Part shown: positions 1-12,000 of the stretch, piece after piece | Layout of the letters: every line of letters starts with the position of its first letter | Numbering within the stretch: position 1 is the first letter of the stretch | Assembly: GCF_018350175.1 (NCBI RefSeq) | Contig: NC_058368.1 | Coordinates: 221,652,001-221,716,000 of the forward strand | DNA length: 64,000 nt | Reading direction: 5' to 3' | Source: Felis catus | Lineage: Eukaryota | Notes under the pieces: model-generated | What the model was told of the DNA's origin: nothing | Database searches by the model: none | The model's input: the letters and a program-made list of their open reading frames with translations, nothing else | Made by a program: the position numbers and the translations under genes

Positions 1-321
1 CTCATTCCTTTTCTTTGTAGAGAACGTTCATTAGACATTCTTTAAGAGTAGAACAGCTTCTTTCAGCTTTTTTTTTCTTTCATTTTGCAATTTCTCTCTT
101 TCCATTTTATATCTGAAAGATGTGAATATTGGATCTAGAATTCATAGTCCATAGTTCTCTGTGGTACTTCAAAAATCTTGTCCACTGCCTCCCACCTTTA
201 TGGTTTCAGATGAGAAATCTGCTATCACTTAAATTATTGTTCTCCTCTAAGAAATGTGCCATTTTTCTTTGTCTACTTTCAACATTTCAATTTGTTCTTC
301 ACTTTCAGAAGTTTAATTATT

Positions 322-468
322 GGGGCACCTGGGTGGCTCTGCCAGTTAAACATCCGACTTTGACTCAGGTCGTTAATATCATGGCTCTTGGATTCAAGCC
401 CCATGTTGGGCTCAAGCCCCATGTTTGGCTCAATGCTGACAACTCAGAGCCTGGAGCCTACTTCGGAT

Positions 469-516
<48 letters not shown>

Positions 517-590
517 CCCCTCCTCTGCTTGCACTGTCTCTCTGTCTCTCAAAAATAAATAGATAAACATTTTAAAAAGTTAAAAAAAAT
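322..590 (+). mobile_element. CAN-SINE (SINEC, feliform type)
   Basis: ggggcacctgggtggct head, (CT)n, aaaataaa tail; TSD about aa(g/a)tttaattatt on both sides. Confidence 0.95.
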
Positions 591-1169
591 AAATTTAATT
601 ATTATCAGTCTTGTCATGAATTCTTCAGATTTATCCTATTCAGGTTTATTCAGTTTCTTGAATGTTTACATTTATGTCTTCTGCCAAATTTGGAAAGTTT
701 TCAGTCATTATTTTTTGAATGCCTCTTCAGTCCATACTATGTTTTCTTTTCTTCTGGGACTCTGATGATAGTGAATATAAGTTTTTTTGTTATTATCGCA
801 TGGGTCCCTGAGATTCTGGTTTTTGTGAGTCAATTTTCTGTTTGTTGTTCAGGACAGATAAGTTATATTTTTACATCTTCAAGTTCATTGGCTTTGTCCT
901 TTATCTCCACTCTACTATTGTGCCTATCCACTGAGTGTATCATTTCTATTATTACATTTTCAGTTCTATCACTTCCATTTTTTCTATAACTTCTAAATCA
1001 CTATTGGAATTTTTATTTGTATTTGCTTGAAGAGAATGCAAAATTGTACATTTAAATATTTTTCATGATGTCTGCTTGAAAAAGTTTGTAAGATGATTTC
1101 AATCCCTGCATCGTTTTGCTGTTGGTATCTGTTGATTGTCTTTTCTCATTTAAGTTATGAAATTCTTAG

Positions 1170-1252
1170 TTCCTATCTCCAATTTGGGGCTCAACATCAG
1201 GACCACAAGATCAAGAGTTGCATGCTCTATCAACTGAGCCAGCCAGGCCCCC
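1170..1252 (-). mobile_element. Short or older CAN-SINE (tRNA-derived head)
   Basis: agatcaagagttgcatgctctatcaactgagccagccaggcccc is the reverse complement of a SINEC head. Confidence 0.8.
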
Positions 1253-1884
1253 TTCTATTTAATCTTTTTTTTTAAAGCATTTAAAAAATATTTCTGTTGA
1301 TGCATGACATGAAGGCTGGGAAGGCGTGTATGTTCAGCTTCCTGTTGGGCCCTATTAATATCACTCTACCAGAAGGGGGTGCTGACTCATATTGCTCTAT
1401 TGCAGATTGTGAGGTGGAAGTTCAGCCACCCCCTCTACCACCAGCAACTTCTTGGTGAAAGCAGGGCAGTGACTCATGCATCTTTGTTGCTTTTAACTGG
1501 GTATATATACTCAGTTCCCTAATTCAGTCCACTGCCATAAGGGAGGGGAAGTGGGAGCTGAATCACAACACTTGTTGCTTCCAAGGAGAAGAGAGGGTGC
1601 TCAGGCTATGCCAAAACTGGGTCTGATAGTTGGAGAGCCTATTGAAAGTTCTTGCTTTTCACACTACCCAAATTCATGCCTCAAATAATGCATGCCAGCT
1701 TCTCACCATGGAATATGTGAGAGATAGTACTGCCTATTTGTTCACGATGTGAACTTTGGGGCAGGGCTTCAGTCCCAACTTCACATTTAAATATGAATAA
1801 TGTATGCATATGAAAAATCTTCAGATGCAAAACTAGACACCCATCTGTGTCTCAATTTTCTTGTCTTTCAAATGGGAGAACTGA

Positions 1885-2104
1885 GGGGCGTCTGGGTGGC
1901 TCAGTCGATTAATAAGGGTCACACTTGGCCTTAGGTCATGATCTCACAGTTCGTGAGTTCGAACACCACCTCGGGCTCTTGCTGACAGCTTGGAGCCTGG
2001 AGCCTGCTTCAGATTCTGTGTCTCCTCTCTCTCTGCCTCTCCACTGCTCACGCTTTGCCTCTCTCTTTCAAAAATAAATAAACATTAAAATAACGAAAAA
2101 TTTA
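1885..2104 (+). mobile_element. CAN-SINE inserted in a MIR relic
   Basis: ggggcgtctgggtggctcagtcg head, A-rich tail; TSD aaatg(g/a)gagaactga on both sides. Confidence 0.95.
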
Positions 2105-2217
2105 AAATGAGAGAACTGAGAGCTCATAGTGAGGTTCTGACAAAACAGGAACAGAATGTCAAGTAAAGCATTTAGAACAAATGTGCAAGTTGTTAAATTT
2201 CTTTAGAGCTTAGCTTT

Positions 2218-2358
2218 AGTTACATGGAGGGTATCCAGTTTTACTCAAGACAGTACTATTTTCATTGTCGTCTTAACATAATTATTAATAGCACCCTTGT
2301 TAACTCTCAAAAGTATCCCAGTTTCTCAGTTTAGACAATAAATTATATAATTCCTCTA
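2218..2358 (-). mobile_element. MER94-like hAT-Blackjack non-autonomous DNA transposon relic
   Basis: taattattaatagcaccc..actctcaaaagtatcccagttt..gacaataaattatat matches the recalled MER94 consensus in reverse. Confidence 0.65.
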
Positions 2359-2719
2359 CTTATATTTTGTTCTTCATTACATAACAATCATCGATTCACT
2401 CAGTCCCTCAAAATTCTTGAACTCTCTTTATGTCATCGGTATTCTTTATTCTGCTGAGCACAGTATAAAACATTCTATTCAAGGGCTATTTCAAACAGTG
2501 AATTAGAGCTGAAATGTGCAGTTCAATTTCCTAGTGATATAAACCATGGAGGTCTTTTGCCACAGTAGAAAGAGCAGTAAACTGGCAGTCAAGAAAAATA
2601 CATAAATGTGTTGAAAATAATGTAGCATTTTTTTTTCTAATCTCAACTACCGATGTAATTAAGGCCCTCTGTGGCTCAGTTTCTTCTTTGTAAGAGGACA
2701 AGTTGGACTAGATAACTTT

Positions 2720-2942
2720 CTTTTGTTTTTTATTTTTATTTTTGAAATTTCTTGAGAGAGAGAAAAAAGCATGTAAGTTGAGGAGAGGGGCAGAGGGAGA
2801 GAGAATCTTAAGCAGGCTCTACGCTCAGAGTGGAGCCTGATGTGGCGCTCGGTCTCATGACTGTGAGAACATGATCCTGAGATCATGACATGAGCCAAAA
2901 TCAAGAGTGGACACTCAACCAGCTGAGCTACCTAGGTGCTCC
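2720..2942 (-). mobile_element. CAN-SINE
   Basis: T-rich tail, (GA)n, reverse head ...ctgagctacctaggtgctcc; TSD ggactagataactt at 2705-2718 and 2945-2958. Confidence 0.95.
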
Positions 2943-3084
2943 AAGGACTAGATAACTTGTAAGGATCCTTCTAAAATATGATTCTGAAATTGTATGTAGA
3001 CATAGCTATTGATACAGGTTTATAGATACAGATGTGGATTCTGTTATGGATAAAAATATAGATACGAGCCCTAGCCTCCTTTTA

Positions 3085-3259
3085 TAGGGCGGGGCTTATA
3101 GGTATGTGACCCATGCATGCACATGGTGCCCTGTGCTCTAAGGGCCTTGCATTTGGTTAATTTCTGCTGTCACCATCATGAAGTTTTTAAAAATTTTTGA
3201 ACAAGGTGTCCCATATTTTAATTTTGCAGCGGGCCTTCCGACTTTAGAAGCTTGTTCTA
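3085..3259 (+). mobile_element. MER91A-like hAT-Tip100 DNA transposon relic
   Basis: agggccttgcatttggttaatttctgctgtcaccatcatgaagt..ttttgaacaaggtgtcccatattttaattttgca matches the recalled MER91A consensus. Confidence 0.7.
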
Positions 3260-3784
3260 TTAGTTTGTTGATGAAACTTCTCTTTAGAATACTACCACAT
3301 TAATAAGGCTGTAGTTAAGAAAATAATTTCTGCAGTTAAATATTCAATTCTAGATCATTTTATACAGCAACACTAGCAGCATTGACTCCCATTTTCTATT
3401 TCTTTAATTGTGTTTGTTCTTTATAAGTTTAAGTATAGTCTATTGTTGAGTTGCTACACTAGTAAACGAAAGAGCAAAAGGAGTTGCATCAGTGTAGAAT
3501 GCAGTGTGTAATCCTACATCAATGGTGCATCCCTAGGTACTCCTTTTGTGTGCTGACCTTGACTACAGTGTTTGGTTAAGTCACATCTTTAATTGATTAG
3601 ATTGTTAAGTTTATATTTTCTTTCTAACTCCGACATTAGGGAAAATTACGACACACGAATAATTAGTGTCCGGAAAAAAAATGTTTTATTTTTGTATTTT
3701 AAACACCCATCAGCAATTGGTTGTGTAAACATTTTAAAATAAATTAAATATTGTGTAAAGATACCTATTTAAATGTTTGCCATT

Positions 3785-3785
<1 letters not shown>

Positions 3786-3830
<45 letters not shown>
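3786..3830. repeat. (TTTA)n microsatellite
   Basis: About 11 perfect TTTA units. Confidence 0.95.
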
Positions 3831-3833
<3 letters not shown>

Positions 3834-4375
3834 GTTTTAACTCTAACGAGAAAATATATATATACATTATATAGTTAAACGTCTGGGTTTTCTGTACCCT
3901 GCTCGTATACTGTTCACATTTGTCAATGCTAACTCACTAATGGGTCACTGGGCTGTTGGTATTGTTTGGGGATTAAATATCAGGATTTTATATTGCTACC
4001 GCTCTAATGTTCTTTTACAGTCTAGCATAGCAACTCACCAATAGACCATACTTAAAATTTCAAAGAAAAGACATCATTAAGCAGATAGAAATGAGAGTCA
4101 TATTACCATATTATTGCTATGTAAAATGTTTTGGAATTTTGAATATATATGCATATGTGTGTGTAGTATATTTGTGTATGTATGGATAGATAACACTCAT
4201 ACATGATACTCCATATATCTGAATATATATATTCTTCAAATTTCTCTTAATATAACAATTAAAATATAAGAAAATTTAATGGAACACAGCTGTATATAAT
4301 TAAAAGTATAAGAACCTTGGCAGAAAGTCAGAGCTCTGGATTCAGATCTACCACTTTCTTATCCATGCGTACAGC

Positions 4376-4780
4376 TGTATTAGTCTCTTACTGTCGCTGT
4401 AACACACTACCTTAACCTTAGTGGATTAGAATGACACAAATTTGGGGCACCCAGGGTAGCTCAGTTGTTAAATGTCTGACTCTTGATTTCGGTTCAGGTC
4501 ATTATCTCATGGCTGTGAGTGAGACTGAGCCCTTTAGTTTCTCTCTCTTTCCTCCTCTGCTCCTCCCCCACTCACACTCTTGTACCGTCTTTCCGGTTCT
4601 CTCATATAAGGATTCTTGTAATTACACTGGGCCCACTCACATAACGTGGGTTCATCTTCCCATCTCAAGATCCTTGAATAATACCCTTAGCAACATCCTT
4701 TTTGACATGTTAGCAACATATTAACAGTTTCAAGGATTAGAATGCAGACATCTTGGGAAACCATTATTCTGTCCACCACA
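4376..4780 (-). mobile_element. MLT1 (MLT1D-like) MaLR solo LTR, interrupted by a partial SINE
   Basis: Starts tgtattagtctc..gctgtaacacactac and ends ...catcttgggaaaccattattctgtccaccaca; internal ataaggattcttgtaattacactgggccca. Confidence 0.8.
4444..4570 (+). mobile_element. 3'-truncated CAN-SINE inside the MLT1 LTR
   Basis: ggggcacccagggtagctcagttgttaaatgtctgactcttgatttcgg head; no A tail and no TSD. Confidence 0.85.
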
Positions 4781-5124
4781 ATAGATACTCTTCAGTTTCC
4801 ATCTTGAAAATAAAATAATTTTCCAAACAACAAAGCTGGATTAGAAAATCAAACTGACCACACCAGTCTCCATGTTGAAACTTGATTCAACATGGAATAC
4901 ATTTTGATTCCACTGGAGAGATTTTCTACATAATGCTCTTTCCATTGTATGCTCTGTCACTTATCTCTCTTAATTTTAAGTCAAAGAACAGTAACCAGTT
5001 TGCAGATATACAGTCTAAAAGTTTTTGTCCAAAGAGTTGTTAGAGTTCAACTATATCTAAGTAAACCATTACAAATTTAAGCTTAATTTAGTGGAACAAT
5101 CAAGTTTCTTTTCTTTTAGAAACC

Positions 5125-5340
5125 TTTTCTTTAAGTTTATTTATTTATGTAGAGAAAGACAGAGACAGTGTGAATGGGAGAGGGGCAGAGAGAGAGACGG
5201 AGAGAGAGGGAGAATCCCAAGCAGACTCTGCACTGGCAGCACAGAGCCCAAGGCAGGGCTTGAACTCACGAATCATGAGATCATGACTTAAGCTGAAACC
5301 AAAAGTCTGATGCTTAACCAGTTGAGCTACGAGGTGCCCC
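5125..5340 (-). mobile_element. CAN-SINE (inner element of a nested pair)
   Basis: tttatttattt tail, gagagagagacggagagagaggg, reverse head ...gagctacgaggtgcccc. Confidence 0.95.
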
Positions 5341-5347
5341 AAAACCG

Positions 5348-5447
5348 TTTTTTTAAGAAAATAGGCTTCACGCTCAATGTGGGGCTTGAACTCACAACCC
5401 TGAGATCAAGTGTCACATGCTCTACCAACTGAGCCAGCCAGGAACCC
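5348..5447 (-). mobile_element. Older short CAN-SINE (outer element)
   Basis: ggggcttgaactcacaaccctgagatcaag..caactgagccagccaggaaccc; TSD aagtttctt at 5102-5110 and 5450-5458. Confidence 0.85.
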
Positions 5448-5529
5448 TTAAGTTTCTTAATGGGAATGACCAGTCACACTTTTTAAGTTTAGTTTCATTC
5501 ATAATTTGAAACATCTGGGCTCAAAAATT

Positions 5530-5533
<4 letters not shown>

Positions 5534-5566
<33 letters not shown>
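5534..5566. repeat. (GA)n microsatellite
   Basis: Perfect GA run. Confidence 0.95.
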
Positions 5567-5569
<3 letters not shown>

Positions 5570-6181
5570 TCCATACAGTGAACAAGTTTAAGTATACATG
5601 CTGCGTAGATGACTCATTATCTTAATTTCTATCTCTTCATAAGTGTTGAACAATCTCAGAAACCATTATCTTGTTCCAAAAATTGTCAAGCAAGGTGCAT
5701 TTCCTTTTGATGTTTAGATAGTTAGGTTATTTCACATTTTTCTCTTAGGGATTATGTTGCTCTCCTAAAGCTTGCCTTTGGCTGGAGTCAGCTGCCTGCA
5801 AATTTTTACCTACAAATAGTTGTAGAAAGATATTGCAAATTAGTGCAGCTTCCGGTAACTAAAATAACCTGCAGCTAGCTTGCAGGCAGTGGTGAATAAT
5901 AAAATCAGTGCACTAAGGTGCATTTCAGAACTTAGGTCCCTTTTGAAGTGAAGGGAGAATTCGTAACTGGGAAGTCTGTGATTCTGTCATGAGCATGATA
6001 GATGATTTCAAATGCAAACACAGTCTTATAAACCATTTACATGCAATTCTGAAATCTAGGTTATAATCTCAAATGGGTGTTTTATTTTTTTCAAAATAAT
6101 TATAAAAATAGTAAGAGATTAAGAGGAAGAGAGTCAGAAAGAGATATAGAGGGGGGAGACAGAGAGTTAGACACTCTGTCC

Positions 6182-6484
6182 ATATAGATAGATAGATGTA
6201 GATTTATATCTATTATATATATGTAATATATAGAGAGAGATAGTTATAATAGATATACAGATATATATAGTATAATATGTATATTATATTATATCTATAT
6301 TATATATAATATATTGTAATATATTTATATAAATATAGATTATATTTATATAGATTCTGTAACCATTACATTTGGATTATTTAGTAATGTGGTTAACTTT
6401 ATATTATATGAAATACAATATGTATATATATATAATATGTGTAAAATAAATATGTATAATGTGTATACATTATATGTATAATGC

Positions 6485-6527
<43 letters not shown>

Positions 6528-6603
6528 CAGATTTACAGCAATTGCTTTCAAGAGAATAATAGATTTAACTGGACACTAAACTGGTTTCCTACAGCTCATT
6601 TTC

Positions 6604-6638
<35 letters not shown>
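6182..6638. repeat. AT-rich low-complexity block with (TA)n at 6490-6524 and (TG)n at 6607-6638
   Basis: Seen directly in the sequence. Confidence 0.9.
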
Positions 6639-6639
<1 letters not shown>

Positions 6640-7909
6640 ATGTGGCAGGGAGGGGGTGATGGCAGGTTTTTATAACTCAACCATTTTTTTGAAATCATCG
6701 TGAACCTCACATGTTAAGTGAAGTAAACGTGACAAAAGTTTTTCTATGTGGAAAAAATGTAATATTTTCACATTTGTGTCACATAAACCTAAGCCGTAAA
6801 GGTTTCATTTTTTTCTCTCAAAAATAAATGAAAATAAAATTAACTCATTTTAAGGAAAAGCAAGCTTTTACTCCCTCTAGGATGATATCCAAAGTCCTAT
6901 GGAAGTTAGCCTGTTTTTGGAATTTGAGACTTACTTTCAATAAATCATAGCTATTTGTAAGGCTTTCTATATTTTTATTTAGCATGAGTATATAATGAAA
7001 TCATTTTTAAATAATTTTATCTCAGATATTTTTAATGATTAAGAAGAAGAGAAAATGTGGATTCATTAGGTAGAGGCTGGCAAAGCATATCTAAAATATA
7101 AATAGTTTCATAATTACTGAGAATTAATATTTGAATAGCTATGCACCAATGCATCTCTTCATGTTTTTTCCATTTTATCTTAAATATGGCTATCCACGCA
7201 TAATCATGGTTGCATATTTTTATACAACCCCCTTCTTTTTGCATTTCAGTAATTGAGATTATTTGTGATTAGTACTAAAATAATTCCTAGAAATCAGGAA
7301 TTATTTTCTGTTATGATGAATGCAAAATGCTTAATTTTTAATAAGAGAAAATAAACTTAAGTATTTTATTGAATGAAAATCCTTAGGAAAAAATATGTTA
7401 AATTTAATTGCGACTCTGCTATATATAGAAACTTAACTAAGACATATATTTTGCCAAAGTTTCTATCAGCCCTAATCAAATATTTAAATTTATTAGCTTA
7501 TTGGCATTTAAAAAATATGATTGTCATATATAGTTGAAGATATTCAAACATTCAGAATATCTAAAATTCAAGAGCAGATAATTTCTCCTACTTTTCATGT
7601 ACTGTATACTTTTCTATGATTGTATGTTTGTACAGAATATATGTCAACTGTGTATATATAATTCATCATTTTAGCAAAATTCTTATTCAGGTATGCGTAT
7701 TATTTACACGATGTTTATTTTCTTTCTTTATCAGCACATACACAGTTAACTCATTCTTTAGAAGGTTATGTGTTTTCTACAACACTGATACACTGTAAAT
7801 TATTTATCCATATCCTAATTAAGTTGTTTCCAGGTTTCATTATTACAGTGTTTCAGTGAATAGCTTTCAACATATATCTTTGTGCCTATATAAGAATAAA
7901 AGTGTTTCA

Positions 7910-8125
7910 GAGGCACCTGGGTGACTCAGCCGGGTAAGCTTCCTGCTGTTGATTTTGGCTCAGGTTACGATCTCAGAGTTGGTGGGATTGAGTCCTGCCC
8001 TGGGTTCTGTGCTGACAGCACGGAGCCTGATAGGGATTCTCTCTCCCTCTCTCTCTGCCCCTCCCCTGCTCATGGTCCCTTTCTCTCTCTCTCTCAAAAT
8101 AAATAAATAAACATTAAAAAAATGA
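7910..8125 (+). mobile_element. CAN-SINE inside an old antisense L1ME-like 3' fragment (about 7600-8230)
   Basis: gaggcacctgggtgactcagcc head, (CT)n, aaataaataaacatt tail; TSD gaataaaa(g/a)tgtttc. Confidence 0.93.
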
Positions 8126-8559
8126 GAGGGAATAAAAATGTTTCTGTATGCATCTGGAAGTGTGTAATAGTTACATTAGAATGCATATACATTTTCAATT
8201 GGGTAGATATTTTAAAATAGCCATGAATTTTTCTAAAACATTTTACTCACTTAATTGTTCTCCTTCTAAACCTGGTGGAAGGAGAGAAGGAAGTAGGAAA
8301 AAAAAAAAGAATTTTACTTTGTAGGATCTTAAAAAGGGTCTTGTGAAAAGAAAAAGTCAGAGGGAAGAAGTATCATTAGAGGAAATGGGTAATTAGCAAT
8401 AACCGAAGCTCTGCCTTGTCAAATTTTGAACCAATATTTTCCTGCTGGATATGCTTCCCTGTTCTTCCCCTATGACATTACATAAGGCCTTTGTGAGCTG
8501 ACCCTCAGGACTTACACTATTCTAGCAAATTTCCCTGTTGTGTGCCTAGATCATCATAA

Positions 8560-9035
8560 AGTTCTCAGAACATGTACAAGCTCTAGAAACTCCTGTCTGT
8601 TCATTTACTGCTGTCACTCTCTCCTAGGTCCCTTTAATCCTCTATGGCTATGCTTTTAATTTTCTTTGCTGAAGTGATTTGCTCCATTCATATGCCAGTC
8701 GATTACCATAATTTCTTAAGTACTGTATTGAAGTGTATCCTCTTTGCTAAGATTTTCCTGACATCAACATGAAGCAGATTTTACATATCCTCCTTTCTCA
8801 TATCCCATCCGTCTACAATTAGCCTACCTCGAATATAAAGCTTATCAGGCTTCCTACATATTCTAGCTTAAATGACAGTATCCTTTATGCTTCTTAAGAG
8901 GTACAAGCTTTATACTTTATTTATCTTTGTATGCCTATGGCATAGCACATTGGCCGAGACAAGGTATATGCTCTGTATATGTCTGTTAACTAAATACATA
9001 AAATAAATGAAAAAAAAAAAAAGATGAGTGAATGA
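8560..9035 (+). mobile_element. L2 3' end relic
   Basis: tttatctttgtatgcctatggcatagcacattggc..tatatgtctgttaactaaatacataaaataaatgaa..gagtgaatgaa is a typical L2 3' end. Confidence 0.55.
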
Positions 9036-12000
9036 AAGGGCCTCGGAAGCAGAAGACAGACTTAAAACTGTTTAAGCATTTTCCCCTAATTAAGTCAAGA
9101 GGGAAATGTTACATTTTGATTTACCAGGCAAGCATTAGTTTGATCAAAACTCATCTTTCCCTGCTCTGTCCTTTCAGACTGTTAAGCTTTAAAGTTTGCC
9201 AGTGTCTGGATAACCACAACTGAACTAAATAAGGATTTTTAAGAACACATAATATTTTTAATATAGACAGTTACAGAAAATGAAAACAAATATGTTAAGT
9301 TATCTCGTGACCCCATCACTGACAAAACATCATTTTAAAAACTTAACACAATATGTTGTGAACCATCCAGACGTAATTGGAAGAGGTAGATGAGGGAGAA
9401 GAAAGGGAGGACAGAATGAGAAGAAGTAAAAGGAGAAGAGAAAGAATGAGGAGGAAAAGGAAGAGGGGAGAAAGCTTCTTCCTCTCCCACTAGTCCCTCT
9501 CCTCACCAGAAACCACACACGTTTATACCGATAGAGACCCACTTATCCACACTGTGTGTCCTTGTGTGCTACACATATAGATGTGTGCATGTATCCTTCC
9601 CTGATTTTTAACAGAAGTTTGTTTTATACTTTATGTTTAGGCATTAAGAGTATATCTTGGAGAATTTTCCATATGAGCACATACTCTTTCTTTCAGAAAT
9701 TTGAGTAATCCAACATGTGACTACACCATGATGTAGTGGAACGATTCCCTCTGGATGGACACTTTGTTCCCGTTTTTCTTTAGATACTCTTGCATTCATT
9801 AGAATTTTAGAATTAGTTTTAATTTATAATAAAACAGTTTTACACCTCCTTGGGACTTTGCAGTTTAAAAATAACAGTCATTTATTAACCTTCCGATTAG
9901 TCCGTTGCTATAAATAGAATGTGTATAACGTGGCACAGAAAAGATAGTGGATAAAGATTTCCAAAGAAATGAATGAATAGCTAAATGGTTACATATAATG
10001 TCCAGAGGAAGTCATTGAGAATCAGCAAATTTTAGCAACTATCCTCACGCTGAAAGAAGATGCTAAGTAGTACGGACAGGCATAGAATTCATGTCTTTGG
10101 ACTCTTTACTTGTTGACCATTCTTACTATCCTAATGGAGAATTTATGAATTTACTCAAGTAGCTTATGATGTATCTCAATTATCTGGCCAAATAAATTGA
10201 TACTGTATAATATTTGGCAACAACATTTTCATATTGATCAATTTAATGCATCAACTCTAAATATAGAACACACTGAATAGCATTATGTGTAAATATGAGG
10301 CAACTTTTCAAACAGCAATCTATACTATATCTCCATTAGAGTAATAACCCATATTAACGTAATACCGTATATCATTATTTGGAATAAATTGACAAATGAT
10401 TGCTAACATTTTGTTATAAGATGGAAATCACTTCTTTTCCCCCAGCATGAACTCTGAAATATAGAGATCGTTTTTATTCCTTGTTCCTCCTTTAAATGGA
10501 TGAATCATCTTCACGAGATAGGACTATCCTTTTATACTATTAAAATGCTTCTGACAAAATTATCTCTCTATGACTAATATGACTGACTTATGAAATGTAC
10601 CAGTTAAAATGCCTATTGTTTTGGTGAAGTGTGTGTGTCAGTTACTCCAATGTGGAACTGTTAAGTTAGTAAAAACTGAACTTGAGAAAGTTGAAGTGAT
10701 ATAATGTTTTTTGAAGAAAAACACCCCGTGCCACAATTTGCAGTTTTCAAGCAATCCTTTTGTCAAATAAATCTTCTGGCTGTGCCTAGAATCCATAGAT
10801 AGTGAAAAGATTTAGTGACTGCTTCGTGCTTTCTGTTAGTTTTATCTTCTATCTGATTACAAAAGTTTCACATGGTGCTTCACTGCCACGTTTGAGTTCA
10901 ATGAATAAACGTGTAATGAATTCTCCCTGCCTCACCACTCCCCCTCCACCTCCTTTTCCCAACAATTGCCATATATAATCTTCTGCCCTACACATCTGTG
11001 CTCAGGTCCATTGCCATCTCTTATTCTTAGGTCCGTATTTTCTACCATTGAATTTACATGTCTAGAGCACCCTCCCATTTCTCAGTTAAAAATGTCCTCC
11101 TTCTACCTGCATTAAGCTACGGTTTGTGCTGTTAATACAGTGTTGAGTCAAAAGGCAATCCCCCAGGGGTATTACATGCCGTAGAATATTTGGTTCACTT
11201 TCTAGCCTACATTGTTTTTAACCCCCTCTCCCCATTTTGCAGTGATTTTTGATATGCACCAATTAATCTTAATTACTTAGAAGTGTTGTTTGTCAGAAGC
11301 TTGATTTACTTGATGTGCATTTTGGAATACTAAGCAATATCACTCATACCCTGCCTTGTTCCTTGTTAGAATGCTGTCTTTGGGGTGGGCCCAATGGAGT
11401 TTTCATGTTAGTAACACATGAGGCTCATTAGGTTATACAACTTATTGGGCTCATATTTAAATTTGATAGATAAAAAGTAGATATAATTGATGTTCAAAGT
11501 AATAAAATTAATGATAGCAATTAAGATGGCATTCAATTAAATAGTTATAAATTGGGGGGACACACCATGGTGTTTTATTTACTTCAGTTTTAAATTGCCT
11601 GGATGATCGTGATCTAAATATTAAACTCGTGTGTCAAGAGAACATTCTCCATTTGTTTATATATTCACTACTCTACCTAATGAATATTAATGATAGCTTG
11701 CTAATGTTAAATATACATTTTTCTTTATTTTTCCCTAAACTTGAAAATAGCTCTGACAATACATACACTACAAATAATGATAAAGAAATGAAGACTTTTA
11801 TTGTATAGGTATTTTTAATGCACACAACTACTCTGGGGTTAGAAAAGAAATAGCAAAAATAATGAAATAATGGCAGAGAATGTTCATGTTTGATAAGAAT
11901 CTGTGCATGAATTTGTCTGATATTGCAACATTTAATAGTTTTTCTTTTATTATTTTCTTGAAACAATATAACAATTATATGTTGATAATAGGGCAGTGGA

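Larger units (their letters stand above)
1..1610 (-). mobile_element. Ancient L1M (L1MC/MD/ME-like) 5' region (ORF1 plus 5'UTR-like part), antisense, interrupted by two SINEs
   Basis: T-rich sequence with typical antisense old-L1 ORF1 phrases (tccactgcctcc..tttatggtttcagatgagaaatctgcta; aatttggaaagttttcagtcatta). It is followed by a GC-richer periodic block at 1330-1605. Subfamily assigned from memory. Confidence 0.65.

Noticed and set aside
322..400. tRNA-like A and B boxes at the SINE heads
   Set aside because: They are the tRNA-derived heads of CAN-SINEs, followed by a SINE body, tail and TSD, and do not form a complete cloverleaf.
129..566. 145-aa ORF and the many similar ORFs containing LSLSLS or ERERER runs
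   Set aside because: They are translations through SINE (CT)n/(GA)n tracts and old L1 sequence, many starting at TTG/GTG, with no protein family features.
3590..3599. TAAT-n-ATTA paired-homeodomain sites (also near 21157, 59526 and 60184)
   Set aside because: Isolated occurrences are expected by chance in 64 kb of AT-rich DNA.
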